This document shows positions 51,233-61,340 of a stretch of DNA of 64,000 nt, one piece after another (the stretch's first letter is position 1; every line of letters starts with the position of its first letter). The DNA comes from an uncultured Planctomycetaceae bacterium (GTDB taxonomy: Bacteria > Planctomycetota > Phycisphaerae > SM23-33), in assembly GCA_964472875.1 (NCBI GenBank), contig CAYYMD010000001.1, positions 11,505 to 75,504 on the forward strand, read 5' to 3'. The position numbers were made by a program, and so were the translations under genes. The notes below the pieces were generated by a model. That model did not search any database. It saw only the letters and a list, made by a program, of their open reading frames with translations, and was not told where the DNA came from.

Positions 51233-52441
51233 CTACTCGAGTATCTTGGTCACAACGCCTGCGCCGACGGTCCTGCCGCCTTCGCGAATGGCGAATCGCA
51301 ACCCTTCTTCCATGGCGATGGAAGTATTCAAAAGCTGCACTTCCATGGTGATGTTATCGCCGGGCATGCACATTTCCGCGCCGCCGAGAAGTTTAATCGT
51401 ACCGGTAACATCGGTTGTACGGAAATAGAACTGCGGCCGGTATCCGGTGAAGAACGGCGTATGGCGGCCACCTTCTTCCTTGGTCAGCACGTACACCTCG
51501 CCCTCAAACTTATGGTGCGGGGTAATGCTGCCGGGCTTGGCCAGTACCTGGCCTCGTTCGAGATCTTCCTTCTCAACACCTCGCAGCAGACAACCGACGT
51601 TATCGCCGGCCTGCCCCTGCTCAAGGGTCTTATTGAACATTTCAACACCGGTCACCACGGTCTTACGCGTATCGCCGAGACCGACGATCTCAATCTCGTC
51701 GCCGACGTTGACCATGCCGCGTTCGATGCGGCCAGTGCCGACGGTTCCGCGACCCTTAATTGAGAACACATCCTCCACCGGCATCAGGAACGGTTTGTCG
51801 ACGTCCCTCTCCGGTTCGGGGACGTACTCATCCATCGCTTCGATGAGTTCCATTATGGGCTTGGCGGCTTCTTCGTCTTCCGGATTGTTAAGGGCATTCC
51901 AGGCAGAGCCCTTGATTACCGGGACATTATCACCGTCGAACTCGTACTTGTTCAGCAGCTCGCGAACCTCAAGCTCCACCAGTTCCAGCAGTTCCTCGTC
52001 GTCGACGAGGTCGCACTTGTTGAGGAACACCACCAGCGCGGGCACATTTACCTGCCTCGCCAGCAGAACGTGTTCGCGCGTCTGGGGCATCGGGCCATCG
52101 GCCGCCGATACCACCAGTATTGAACCGTCCATCTGGGCGGCGCCGGTGATCATGTTCTTGACGTAATCGGCGTGACCGGGACAGTCCACGTGCGCATAGT
52201 GGCGCTTCTGCGACTCGTATTCAACGTGCGCGGTGGCGATGGTCAGAATCTTGGTCTGGTCACGTCTGCCCTGAGATTCCGACGCTTTCGCTATATCGTC
52301 GTAACTTCTGAAACTGGACAATCCCTGTTTTTCCAGTACCTGCGTCATCGCCGCAGTCAGGGTGGTTTTACCGTGGTCCACGTGTCCGATGGTTCCGATA
52401 TTTACGTGCGGTTTAGTCCGTTGAAAGACTTCCTTGGCCAT
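51233..52441 (-). CDS. tuf: translation elongation factor Tu
   Basis: [31 protein letters not shown]...; 402 aa. Confidence 0.97.
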   Translation of the reverse strand: MAKEVFQRTKPHVNIGTIGHVDHGKTTLTAAMTQVLEKQGLSSFRSYDDIAKASESQGRRDQTKILTIATAHVEYESQKRHYAHVDCPGHADYVKNMITGAAQMDGSILVVSAADGPMPQTREHVLLARQVNVPALVVFLNKCDLVDDEELLELVELEVRELLNKYEFDGDNVPVIKGSAWNALNNPEDEEAAKPIMELIEAMDEYVPEPERDVDKPFLMPVEDVFSIKGRGTVGTGRIERGMVNVGDEIEIVGLGDTRKTVVTGVEMFNKTLEQGQAGDNVGCLLRGVEKEDLERGQVLAKPGSITPHHKFEGEVYVLTKEEGGRHTPFFTGYRPQFYFRTTDVTGTIKLLGGAEMCMPGDNITMEVQLLNTSIAMEEGLRFAIREGGRTVGAGVVTKILE

Positions 52442-52562
52442 CAGTTATACTCCTTGTACGTTTGTTTCGCGACTTTTCGCTTTATTCCTTTTAACTTTAG
52501 TTTCCCGTTTAATTCTGTAATCGTCCTCGGCATGCCATTTAAAGACAAGGTCAGGCGACCCA

Positions 52563-52634
<72 letters not shown>

Positions 52635-52760
52635 ATTACATGACTTACGACATAGTATGCTGCCGTGGTCATTATAAAGATACACTTCAACTGCCGCCGA
52701 GGACAAGATTAATAATAATATATATTATCAAAATCAAACGTCAAATAAAAATTTTCAGGA
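52635..52760 (-). promoter_or_regulatory. AT-rich promoter region for tRNA-Thr-tuf (exact TATAAT at 52676..52671 ~40 nt upstream of tRNA; TTGACG at 52744..52739 with AT-rich -10-like region)
   Basis: Motifs read directly on the minus strand; marks the head of the co-directional ribosomal superoperon. Confidence 0.35.
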
Positions 52761-52818
52761 TTTTTGGATAAATTTTAAAAGAATGTGATTGCGACAAATT
52801 CCCCAAACCGCCGTTGCT

Positions 52819-54036
52819 TTATTGCGCAACTACGTTTGAGAGTTTGAACACCGGCAGAAGCAGCGCTATGGCTATGCCACCGACTATAAGCCCCATTATG
52901 ATTATCATAGCAGGTTCTATAAGAGATGTGATGGCCTTGACCGACACAGACAGTTCCTCCTCGCAGAAGTCCGCCGCCTTCTCCAGCACTCCGGACAGTC
53001 GGCCGGTGCGCTCCCCCGCGTCTATCATTTGAGTCAAGGTCCGTGGAACCAGTTCATATTCGAAGAGCCGCTCCGAAAGCGTCGAGCCGGTCTTGACCTG
53101 TTCGGACAGGTCCGTCCACATCTGTGAATAATAATAGTTACCCGAAACCTCCGCGGTAATCTGCAGCCCTTCCAGGATTCCCACATCCGTAGAAACCATC
53201 GTGGCCAAAGTACGCATGGATCTGGCAAGAGAGGCCTTCCGGTACATAGGTCCTATTATCGGCATGTTAATTTTAATCTTGTCCAGCAGGATGCTTCCTT
53301 TTTGCGACCTGAAGTACATGTAAACGCCTACTATTATGGCAGCTACCGCCGGAATAAGCAGATACCAGTAATCCGTCATGGCGTGGCTGATGTATAGAAG
53401 GATTTGTGTCGGTGCAGGCAAAACGGCGCCTTTGCCGCTGTAAATTTTCTCGAAACGAGGCAGCACCAGCGTCAGCAGCGCAATGATGACTATGGTACAG
53501 AAACTCAACATACATATCGGATACGTCATGGCGCCTTTTATCTGTTTGCGGGTCTTTCTCTCCGACTGCATGTACTGGCTGGCCCGCTGAAGCATCTGCC
53601 CCATTGTTCCCGAGGCCTCGGAGGCCCGCACCAAAGCAACGAAAAGTTTCCCGAACACTTTGGGATGACTCTCCATCGCCGAAGATAGTGTCTGCCCGGC
53701 CTTAACCTGCTCGGACAGGTCGCCGACCACCTCCGTAAGCTCCGGCTTGTCCGACTGCTGGGCGATGGCGTCCAACGCCTCATCCAGCGGGACTCCCGTA
53801 TCAACCATAACCGCCAGTTGGGTGGAAAAGAATATGACCTGGTCGCGCTTTATCTTTTTTCTTCGGCCAGTGGTACCGGTGGTGTCCGATGCCTGTTCTT
53901 GATGCGGGCGAATTGAAACTACGGACTTGCCCTCTCGCCTGAGCATACCGGCGGCTTCGTCCTTGTCCCTCGCGGCCAGGACACCGGCGTCCATTCTTCC
54001 TCCTCCCATACGTGCGTGATAAGCAAATTTAGGCAT
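52819..54036 (-). CDS. type II secretion / type IV pilus platform protein (GspF/PilC family)
   Basis: 405 aa inner-membrane protein with two T2SS-F repeats; adjacent to GspE/PilB ATPase. Confidence 0.85.
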   Translation of the reverse strand: MPKFAYHARMGGGRMDAGVLAARDKDEAAGMLRREGKSVVSIRPHQEQASDTTGTTGRRKKIKRDQVIFFSTQLAVMVDTGVPLDEALDAIAQQSDKPELTEVVGDLSEQVKAGQTLSSAMESHPKVFGKLFVALVRASEASGTMGQMLQRASQYMQSERKTRKQIKGAMTYPICMLSFCTIVIIALLTLVLPRFEKIYSGKGAVLPAPTQILLYISHAMTDYWYLLIPAVAAIIVGVYMYFRSQKGSILLDKIKINMPIIGPMYRKASLARSMRTLATMVSTDVGILEGLQITAEVSGNYYYSQMWTDLSEQVKTGSTLSERLFEYELVPRTLTQMIDAGERTGRLSGVLEKAADFCEEELSVSVKAITSLIEPAMIIIMGLIVGGIAIALLLPVFKLSNVVAQ

Positions 54037-54085
54037 TTTCAGACATTCCGTGTTTGCACATAGCTTATTTAGGCGAGTCCTGCGG

Positions 54086-55882
54086 CTAAGCCGCCGTGGC
54101 CCTGAATACCTCCTCCACAGTGGTTATACCGGCCGCTACTTTAGACATGCCGTCCTGTCGGAGAGTTACCATACCGCGTTCTATCGCAGCGGCCCGGATT
54201 TCGTCCCGCGTAGCCCCGGCATTGATTTTTTCAGTTATCTCGTCGTCCGGAACAAGCAGTTCGTAAATTCCTATTCGTCCTCCGTAACCGGTGCTGCGGC
54301 ATTTCTGGCATCCTGCGCCCCTGTAAAATTTTTCCACTTGCCCCACTTCCCGTTCGACTGCGCGTCGTATGCCCGCCGAGGGTTCGTAGGGCTCCTTGCA
54401 ATTGGTGCAGATTTTTCTGACCAGCCGCTGGGCCAGAACCGCCTCCGTGGAAGCGGCCACGAGGTAGGGCTCCACACCTATATTAACCAGGCGAGTGACC
54501 GCACCGGGCGCGTCGTTGGTGTGCATTGTGCTGAAGACCAGGTGACCCGTAAGCGCCGCCTGCACTGCAATCCGGGCCGTCTCTTCATCGCGTATCTCGC
54601 CCATCATTATAATGTCCGGGTCCTGTCGAAGCAGCGACCGCAGCGCCGAAGCGAACGAGAAACCGATACGCTCGTTAACCTGGAACTGGTTAACGCCGGT
54701 GAGATTGTATTCGACCGGGTCCTCCACAGTGCATATGTTCACCTGCTCGTTGCACAATTCATTAAGGACGCTGTAAAGGGTGGTGCTCTTGCCGCTTCCG
54801 GTCGGGCCGGTTACCAGGACAATTCCGTTGGGCACAGTTATCACCTTCCGCCAGGTCTTGAGCGTCTCATAGGCGAAACCGAGTTTCTCAAGATTCACGA
54901 GAACCCGGCGGTTGTCGATTATCCTGATGACCACTTTTTCGCCGTGCTGGCCGGGCATGGTGCTTACGCGCAGGTCGATAGGCCGGCTGTTCATCAGCAC
55001 GTGTATGCCGCCGTCCTGCGGCAAACGCCGCTCGGAGATATCCAGGCCCGCCATAATCTTAATCCGGCTGACAATAGCGGGAAGCATTTTGTAGGGTGGC
55101 TTCAGTTTCTCGAATAAAATACCATCCACCCTGTATCGCACGCGCAAAGAATTTTCATCCGGTTCGATATGTATGTCGGAAGCCCCCTCCCTGACGGCGT
55201 TGAACAGCAGATAATTTACCAGTTTGACCACCGGCGAACCTTCCGCCGCCGCCTCCAGGTCTGTTATGTCCTCTATCTTGTCTTCGACTATGGATACCTC
55301 ATCCGGCATCTCATCTTCGAATATATCGTCTATGACAAATACATTTGCCGAGGGAAGGTGAGTCTCCAGGGTGGCCTTTATATCGTTGCCGGTAGCGCAT
55401 ACCACCAGCACTTCACATCCGGTCAGACGAGCCACTTCTTCCATAAGGAATACATTGGCTGGCTCGTTAACGGCCAGTGAAAGGCGGTTTCTGACCTTGA
55501 ACAGCGGAAGTACAGTATGTTTGTCGAGAAATTCCCGGGGCAGCACATCGATAATTCTCGGGTCGGCCAGTCTTGGAGATATCCTGGCAAACGGAACGCC
55601 ATACCCAGCCGCCAGCGCCTGCATGATTTGCTCTTCGGTACATATCTCGAGTTTCTGAAGAACTTCGCCGAGCAGCAGATTACTTCCTGAATTTCGCTGA
55701 TAGTCCAGTGCCTCTGCGAGCTGCTCCTCGTTCAAGGTACCCTGCCTTATGAGCAACTGGCCCAGAGGCAGGGCGGACTTGGAGCCGGGACGCACTGGCC
55801 TGTTCGCTTCCTGAGAAGAACCCTCAGAAGCCACATGGACCTGCTCCGGGTCGGCGTTATTGTCTTCTGCTTTTGAAATCAT
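54086..55882 (-). CDS. type II secretion / type IV pilus assembly ATPase (GspE/PilB family) with N-terminal MshEN-like domain
   Basis: Walker A GPTGSGKST, Asp/His boxes, Zn tetracysteine CTNC...CQKC; N-terminal T2SSE_N with tandem LGxxLIxxGxLxxxxLxxALxxQ-like motifs. Confidence 0.9.
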   Translation of the reverse strand: MISKAEDNNADPEQVHVASEGSSQEANRPVRPGSKSALPLGQLLIRQGTLNEEQLAEALDYQRNSGSNLLLGEVLQKLEICTEEQIMQALAAGYGVPFARISPRLADPRIIDVLPREFLDKHTVLPLFKVRNRLSLAVNEPANVFLMEEVARLTGCEVLVVCATGNDIKATLETHLPSANVFVIDDIFEDEMPDEVSIVEDKIEDITDLEAAAEGSPVVKLVNYLLFNAVREGASDIHIEPDENSLRVRYRVDGILFEKLKPPYKMLPAIVSRIKIMAGLDISERRLPQDGGIHVLMNSRPIDLRVSTMPGQHGEKVVIRIIDNRRVLVNLEKLGFAYETLKTWRKVITVPNGIVLVTGPTGSGKSTTLYSVLNELCNEQVNICTVEDPVEYNLTGVNQFQVNERIGFSFASALRSLLRQDPDIIMMGEIRDEETARIAVQAALTGHLVFSTMHTNDAPGAVTRLVNIGVEPYLVAASTEAVLAQRLVRKICTNCKEPYEPSAGIRRAVEREVGQVEKFYRGAGCQKCRSTGYGGRIGIYELLVPDDEITEKINAGATRDEIRAAAIERGMVTLRQDGMSKVAAGITTVEEVFRATAA

Positions 55883-55950
55883 ATCGTGGTCAACCTATTA
55901 AAAAGTTTTCTCCAAGCCGGCGTCTGACCAACCGAAACTGCCTGTTTGCC

Positions 55951-56334
55951 TCACGTCGGCAAGCGCTCTTTAATCGCCTCCTCGCTGTTTTTATAGGTCT
56001 CAAAGGCCGAATCCAGTCGCGTGATTTCAAGTATCTTGCTTATGTTCTCATCACATCCGCACAACCTGAGGCGTCCCATGCGTTCGGCCAGTGTGTCCTG
56101 CAGGTCCAGAAAATATTCCAGCGCCGCACTATCAATGGCAGGAACGTTATGGAGATCCAGAACTATGTCGATTATCCACGGCTCTGCTCCGGCATTTTCC
56201 GGCGAAGATTGCCCCCTATCCTCCTCCAGTTGATGTTCGACCGTTCGGATAAGCTGTTCCAGCGAATCCTCGGTAAGCTCTCCTTTAATGGAAAGTATGG
56301 CCGCATGACCATATGTCTCTGTAGTTATGTTCAT
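55951..56334 (-). CDS. STAS-domain protein (anti-sigma-factor antagonist-like)
   Basis: SpoIIAA-like fold; HNVPAIDSAALEYFLDL motif; 4-nt overlap with upstream HD-GYP gene stop. Confidence 0.75.
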   Translation of the reverse strand: MNITTETYGHAAILSIKGELTEDSLEQLIRTVEHQLEEDRGQSSPENAGAEPWIIDIVLDLHNVPAIDSAALEYFLDLQDTLAERMGRLRLCGCDENISKILEITRLDSAFETYKNSEEAIKERLPT

Positions 56335-58022
56335 ATTTCACTCTCCGAGGCAGCACCAGCTATTCCCTCCAGTTCACACGGAGCCCCTGAGCCGATTTTA
56401 AAGGAACTTCTTCGGCCGATATTGCTGACGAATTCGCTCAAATCTATTGAAAGCAGCCTTTCGGCCAGGGCCGGGTCGAACTGTGTGCCCGCATGGCTTT
56501 TTATTTCTTCTATGGCCTCTTCCAGCGGAAGTGCTTTGCGATAGGTTCTGTCGGTAATCATCGCATCGAGACAATCCGCCAGACCTACAATCCTGCCCTC
56601 TATGGGTATCTGTTCTCCGGCCAGTTGCCGGGGGTATCCTTTGCCGTCAGGACGTTCGTGGTGTGTCAAAATTCCCCTGGCCACGCCCCGCCATTGGCGA
56701 AAACCACCAATGATTTTGGCGCCGGTGACGGGATGCTGTTTAATCTTTTCGAATTCGGCTCTGCTCAGTCGGTTCGTCTTTCGCAGCGTCTCTTCGGGCA
56801 CTCCAATCTTTCCTATGTCGTGCAGCAGCCCGGCGAGATAAACCTGCTTTACCTTCTCAGCATCCAGGCCGGATTCTTCGGCCAGCCGTTTGGATATAAG
56901 CGCCACTCGCTGTGAATGGCCGCTGGTGTACGGATCCTTGGCGTCAATCGAGGCAGTCAGCGCGTGCAGTACGCCTATAAGCAAATCCTGCAGGTCGGCA
57001 TAAAGCATGCTGTTGGCCAGGAACACGCCGGTCTGATTGGCAATGGAACTGAGCAACTGGAGGTCGGCGCTGTTAAAGTCGCCGGATAGTTTTTCGGCAC
57101 CTATTAACAACCCGACCTGTCTGTCCTCAGCAACAATAGGCACGGCCACCAAACCGCGCCTGGGTTCTTCGACGCCCTGGGCCGTTGGTATAGGAAACTG
57201 ATTATCCAGTAAAACGCGACGGCCTGAATCCATTCTCCGGTTTATCTCCTCCGCCAATCGCAGTATTTTTTCATCGGAGACCTTTTCCTGACCTGCCCTG
57301 ACCACCATGTTTTCTTCCCGTCGCTGTCGCTGGGGGTGAACAACAGCCCACGCGGCCGATATGTTCATTACCTCCAGCAGTTCGTTACATGCGTTCTGAA
57401 GGAAATCCCCTACCTGCTGGGTCACCTTTATGGAACCGCTTATTCTATATACCAGCGATAGTTCTTCATAAGTTCTGGCCAGGTTGGTGCTCATCGTGGC
57501 CAGTTCATCATCGGCGATTTGTTCGTTTAGCAGGTGCTCCAGCAGCCAACCCAATATACTGATGATATGTTCGGCCTGGGATGCGCTGTGTCGGCAGTAT
57601 TTTTCGGCGGCATTTCTGGTCGCCTGGCGGTCAAGATGGAGATGATCGCACATTCGCGAAAAATGTTCTTCTTCAAGAATTTCAAGGGGCGGGAAACACG
57701 CCACCACCGCGCCGGCTATACGTCTTCGCCGACGGACAGGCACGCCCAGCTGAAAACAGCCCGTCCGGCATTGATTTATGATGTTATTTCGCTGGGCCAT
57801 CGCCTTTTCAGCGACATCCTGAGCGCTTTGCCTGCAGGGCGCTTCGGCGCCGAGCATGAAGCGGCAGAACCTGCCGGAGGGACAGAAACCTTCTGCGCAT
57901 CTGCCGGTTTCGTCCCATGTCGAAAGATGCAGGCCCAACCGCTCCATGCGGGCGCGTAGCTCCTCGGCTACCGCTTTGGGAAGCGGTAGAATCCTCTGTG
58001 AGGCCGTTTCCAGTCTACTCAT
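56331..58022 (-). CDS. multi-domain HD-GYP c-di-GMP phosphodiesterase (Cys-rich N-terminal region + GAF + HD-GYP)
   Basis: HD-GYP signature LHDIGKIGVPEE...HHERPDGKGYP; preceding GAF-like domain; N-terminal CxxxCPSGRFCRF...CRQ...CRTGC. ORF is open to 58223 but ATG at ~58022 (MSRLETAS) overlaps the receiver stop as ATGA. Confidence 0.8.
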   Translation of the reverse strand: MSRLETASQRILPLPKAVAEELRARMERLGLHLSTWDETGRCAEGFCPSGRFCRFMLGAEAPCRQSAQDVAEKAMAQRNNIINQCRTGCFQLGVPVRRRRRIAGAVVACFPPLEILEEEHFSRMCDHLHLDRQATRNAAEKYCRHSASQAEHIISILGWLLEHLLNEQIADDELATMSTNLARTYEELSLVYRISGSIKVTQQVGDFLQNACNELLEVMNISAAWAVVHPQRQRREENMVVRAGQEKVSDEKILRLAEEINRRMDSGRRVLLDNQFPIPTAQGVEEPRRGLVAVPIVAEDRQVGLLIGAEKLSGDFNSADLQLLSSIANQTGVFLANSMLYADLQDLLIGVLHALTASIDAKDPYTSGHSQRVALISKRLAEESGLDAEKVKQVYLAGLLHDIGKIGVPEETLRKTNRLSRAEFEKIKQHPVTGAKIIGGFRQWRGVARGILTHHERPDGKGYPRQLAGEQIPIEGRIVGLADCLDAMITDRTYRKALPLEEAIEEIKSHAGTQFDPALAERLLSIDLSEFVSNIGRRSSFKIGSGAPCELEGIAGAASESEI

Positions 58023-58429
58023 GCTCCCTCCGCAATTTTTTTGACACCGGCTGTAATAAGTTCGTCGACCTTCCCAAGTACCTGGCGTGGCGAGAACGGT
58101 TTGGCCAGGACCCCCACAATGCCGGCGGCTGTCATTTCCGCCGGCTCGAGGTCGAAACCGCGTGCGGTAAGCATAATAGCCGGTATCCCCTCCGTGCGTT
58201 GTTCGGCTCGCAGACGCTGGCAAAGTTCCAAACCGGTAATCACCGGCATCTGGTAATCGGTGATAATAAGGTTCGGCCGCTGTTCCCGGGCCAGTTCAAG
58301 CGCTTCCTCACCATCTACGGCCGTGAGCACATCGTAACCGGCATTTTTTAGCTTTAGCGAAAGAACGTTGAGAATGTGGGATTCATCATCGGCGATTAAT
58401 ACTTTTCCGCGGTTATGCGACATATTCAT
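58019..58429 (-). CDS. stand-alone response-regulator receiver domain protein (CheY-like)
   Basis: DDESHIL...LIITDYQMP (phospho-Asp), MLTAR, LAKPF; no output domain. Confidence 0.85.
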   Translation of the reverse strand: MNMSHNRGKVLIADDESHILNVLSLKLKNAGYDVLTAVDGEEALELAREQRPNLIITDYQMPVITGLELCQRLRAEQRTEGIPAIMLTARGFDLEPAEMTAAGIVGVLAKPFSPRQVLGKVDELITAGVKKIAEGA

Positions 58430-58520
58430 CTCCCTTTAAACCTCCCTGCCGAGTCAGTCCCTCCTGCTGCGGCAGGCATAAGCTACTCCTTTTATTTATC
58501 GTTACAATACGGCGGCGTCT

Positions 58521-59963
58521 TTACTTGGTAAGTGGAAGTTCGAATGCAAACGTGCTTCCTTCGCCTTCTTTGCTGGCCACATCCAGTTTGCCGTTGTGAA
58601 CCGTCTCGATAATACGCTTTACGAGGGCCAGGCCCAGACCGGTGCCCTTGGCAACCTTTGTGCCTGCCCCGACGCGATAGAACTTGTCGAACACATGCGG
58701 CAGGTCGTCGGCGGAGATACCCATGCCGGTGTCGCGGACCTCGCAACGCACAATACTTGTACGTTCGTCCACCTCGACGGTGACAGCAACCTTCCCGCCA
58801 TTCGGGGTATACTTGACCGCGTTGGACACCAGATTCATCACCGCCTGGTAGATTAAATCATGATCGGCCTCGACCTGGTAATAAACCGGCGCCAGGGAGT
58901 GCTCTATGGTGATATCCTTGGCTCTGGCCTGAACTCCGGCCACATCCAGCACCTGCTTTACGATACCGGCAAGACTCATAGGTTTTCTGGCGACCTTTAT
59001 AACGCCCGATTCTATGCGAGAGATATTCAGTATGTTTTCTATGAGGCGGTGGAGACGGTTCGTCTCGGTGGAAATAATCTCGTAAAATTCCTGCTGCGTT
59101 TGCTTGTCCTGCGCCTCGTCGTCCAGCAGCATTTCTATATAGGCCTTGATGGAGGCCAGCGGCGTTTTCAGTTCGTGCGAGACATGCGATACGAAGTCGG
59201 TTTTCATATCAGCTATTTCTTTCTCGTGCGTGATGTCGTGAAGCACCGCAACCACACCGGAAATCTCATCGTCGGGCGTGACGACGCATCCCAGCGTGGC
59301 GTTGAAGGTCCGCTGTTTACCATCAACCGTTATCGTGTGTTCGACCTGCTTGCGGTCGACATGTTCGCCATGACTGCGGACATCGCAGATAAGATCAACC
59401 AGTCTACTGTCAGACAAAACCTCGGAGATATTGCGACGGTGATCGCGGGAAAAATCGAATCCCAGCAGTTTTTCGGCGGCCTCGTTGGCCAGCAGCAACT
59501 CGTCGAAACGGTTGGTCACAATCACTGCGTCGGAAATAGAGAATATAATGGCTTCGGTGTTTCTCTTTTCCCCAGAAATTATTCTGCGTTGCAGCTGCAG
59601 GTCGCGGTTTTCGGCCTCCAGTCGTTCTATCCTCGTTTTCACCGAATCGAGAAACTCGTTAAGCGACCTGGTAATCTGGGCGGGCTGACCGAAAGGATAA
59701 GTCCCCGTCAGATGCACTCGCCCGCTTCTGGTCATTTCGCGCAGTTGCGAGGATATCTGCGAAATTGTCCTGTAGAAATTCTGCCTGAACACAAACAGCG
59801 TCAGAAGCGCTACCCCCAGCACGAGCCCCAGCAGTGCGTGATTTATCGAATCATCGAGGCCCCAGTTGCTCTGCACCACCCTCATGCAGGCATAACTTGC
59901 CACGCCCGCTCCTATCGATAGCAGAATCTTTCCCACCAGCGGAGTGCTTTTAGTAAGCGTCAT
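58521..59963 (-). CDS. membrane-anchored PAS-domain sensor histidine kinase
   Basis: Two N-terminal TM helices; PAS segment; H-box FVSHVSHELKTPL; N/G-boxes NLVSNAVKYT, DTGMGI, GTGLGLALV. Confidence 0.9.
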   Translation of the reverse strand: MTLTKSTPLVGKILLSIGAGVASYACMRVVQSNWGLDDSINHALLGLVLGVALLTLFVFRQNFYRTISQISSQLREMTRSGRVHLTGTYPFGQPAQITRSLNEFLDSVKTRIERLEAENRDLQLQRRIISGEKRNTEAIIFSISDAVIVTNRFDELLLANEAAEKLLGFDFSRDHRRNISEVLSDSRLVDLICDVRSHGEHVDRKQVEHTITVDGKQRTFNATLGCVVTPDDEISGVVAVLHDITHEKEIADMKTDFVSHVSHELKTPLASIKAYIEMLLDDEAQDKQTQQEFYEIISTETNRLHRLIENILNISRIESGVIKVARKPMSLAGIVKQVLDVAGVQARAKDITIEHSLAPVYYQVEADHDLIYQAVMNLVSNAVKYTPNGGKVAVTVEVDERTSIVRCEVRDTGMGISADDLPHVFDKFYRVGAGTKVAKGTGLGLALVKRIIETVHNGKLDVASKEGEGSTFAFELPLTK

Positions 59964-60010
59964 TACCTTGGTTGCCTCCTGTGGGCCTCTTTTCCGTCGA
60001 CGGCTGAGAT

Positions 60011-61246
60011 TTATCGGCCGCCCAACGGCGCCATAGAAACCTCCTGCGACGAAGCTGCGGCATCGTCGTCCTGACGCAGTTTATCGAGCAACGCGCGGGC
60101 AAGTTTGCTGTCGGGGTCGATTTCGAGTGCCTTGGCGTAACACCTGGCCGCCTCAGCCCGCTCATCCCTGGCCGTATTCACCATACCAAGCAGACACAAA
60201 AGGGGCGCATCGGGTTCCCCAAGAGCCAAGGTTCTGTTGAGCACCTCGTCGGCCTGCGAGACACGGTCGGTCTTCAAGAGTGCATAGCCGAGCAACATAG
60301 CGGCATTGCTGTTTGCAGGTTTTTTTGACAGCGCCTTCCTTGTAGAGACAACAACACCTTCCAAATCGCCGCAGGCCAGTTCAGCCCTCGCCAGTTTCTC
60401 GTAGAGTTTGGCGCTGTCCCCTCTCTTTTTGACCGCTTTTTGGTAAGCGTTGCGGGCCTTGATGGGTTCGCCTGTGGCCATGTGACAATCGCCGAGCATC
60501 GCGAACACCCATGCCGGAGAATCCGCACTGGCGGCCAGTTCGTCAAGATGGCGCCTCGCTTCCTCATAACGGCCGGAAAGATATTCCGCCTTGGCCAGTG
60601 CCCGCAGATAACCCACATTTTCAGGGTCGAGATCGCAGGCCTGACTGTAGTATTCGGCTGCGGAATCGTATTCATCGCGCATCATTGCAATGCGGCCGCC
60701 AAGCTCGTACATGGAGGGGTCGTCATCGGCCTGCGATATATGGCTCTCCACCTGCAACTGCGCTTCACGGATGCGTCCCATCGCCACCAGAACCTCCGTA
60801 ACTGCATGCACGGCGTCCATATTGCGGTTATCCAATGCATAGGCCTGGCGGTAACTGTGAATTGCCTGTTGAAGGTTATCCGCTTTTTCCTGTGCAACGC
60901 CGAGGAGATACCATACCCGCGCAGAATTCGGCCGGTTGCTTTTTACCTGTTCAAACTGTTCTATCGCCTCTTGATAGCGGCCCTGTTCGATGCAGACTTT
61001 ACCCAGCAACATCCTTGCGTCTACAAAGTTCTCATCCAGTGCCAACGCACGAGCGGCATTGCTGTGGGCCTGGTCCAGTTCGCCGACCTTCAGATGCTCC
61101 TTGGCCACCTTGAAAACCACTTCTGCCCGGGCTTTGTGCCACTTTTCGTATACTTCCTTCTTATTGTCCTTTTTGAACAAAGCGACGTTTTGGCATCCTG
61201 ATGTCACTGCAAGGATTACTGCCGCCGCTATTATATATTTTTTCAT
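60011..61246 (-). CDS. TPR-repeat lipoprotein (PilF/PilW-like candidate secretin pilotin/assembly factor)
   Basis: Signal + lipobox AVTSGC; ~9 TPR repeats across 411 aa; sits between the secretin and sensor kinase genes. Confidence 0.6.
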   Translation of the reverse strand: MKKYIIAAAVILAVTSGCQNVALFKKDNKKEVYEKWHKARAEVVFKVAKEHLKVGELDQAHSNAARALALDENFVDARMLLGKVCIEQGRYQEAIEQFEQVKSNRPNSARVWYLLGVAQEKADNLQQAIHSYRQAYALDNRNMDAVHAVTEVLVAMGRIREAQLQVESHISQADDDPSMYELGGRIAMMRDEYDSAAEYYSQACDLDPENVGYLRALAKAEYLSGRYEEARRHLDELAASADSPAWVFAMLGDCHMATGEPIKARNAYQKAVKKRGDSAKLYEKLARAELACGDLEGVVVSTRKALSKKPANSNAAMLLGYALLKTDRVSQADEVLNRTLALGEPDAPLLCLLGMVNTARDERAEAARCYAKALEIDPDSKLARALLDKLRQDDDAAASSQEVSMAPLGGR

Positions 61247-61340
61247 GGTTTTGCTCCCGGCGACTCTAAGCCGCCAAATTCAGTATCTTTCTTAGAACTC
61301 CCTAATTAACGCGCAAGTCTAAAATTTTTTACGTGTGAGA

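Noticed and set aside
57950-58050. Apparent 1-nt frame inconsistency when hand-translating around 57,955-57,965 relative to the ORF track
   Set aside because: Both plus and minus track ORFs read through consistently. The discrepancy is attributed to my manual reading, so track coordinates are trusted. This is also why hand-derived coordinates are given as plus or minus 1-2 nt.
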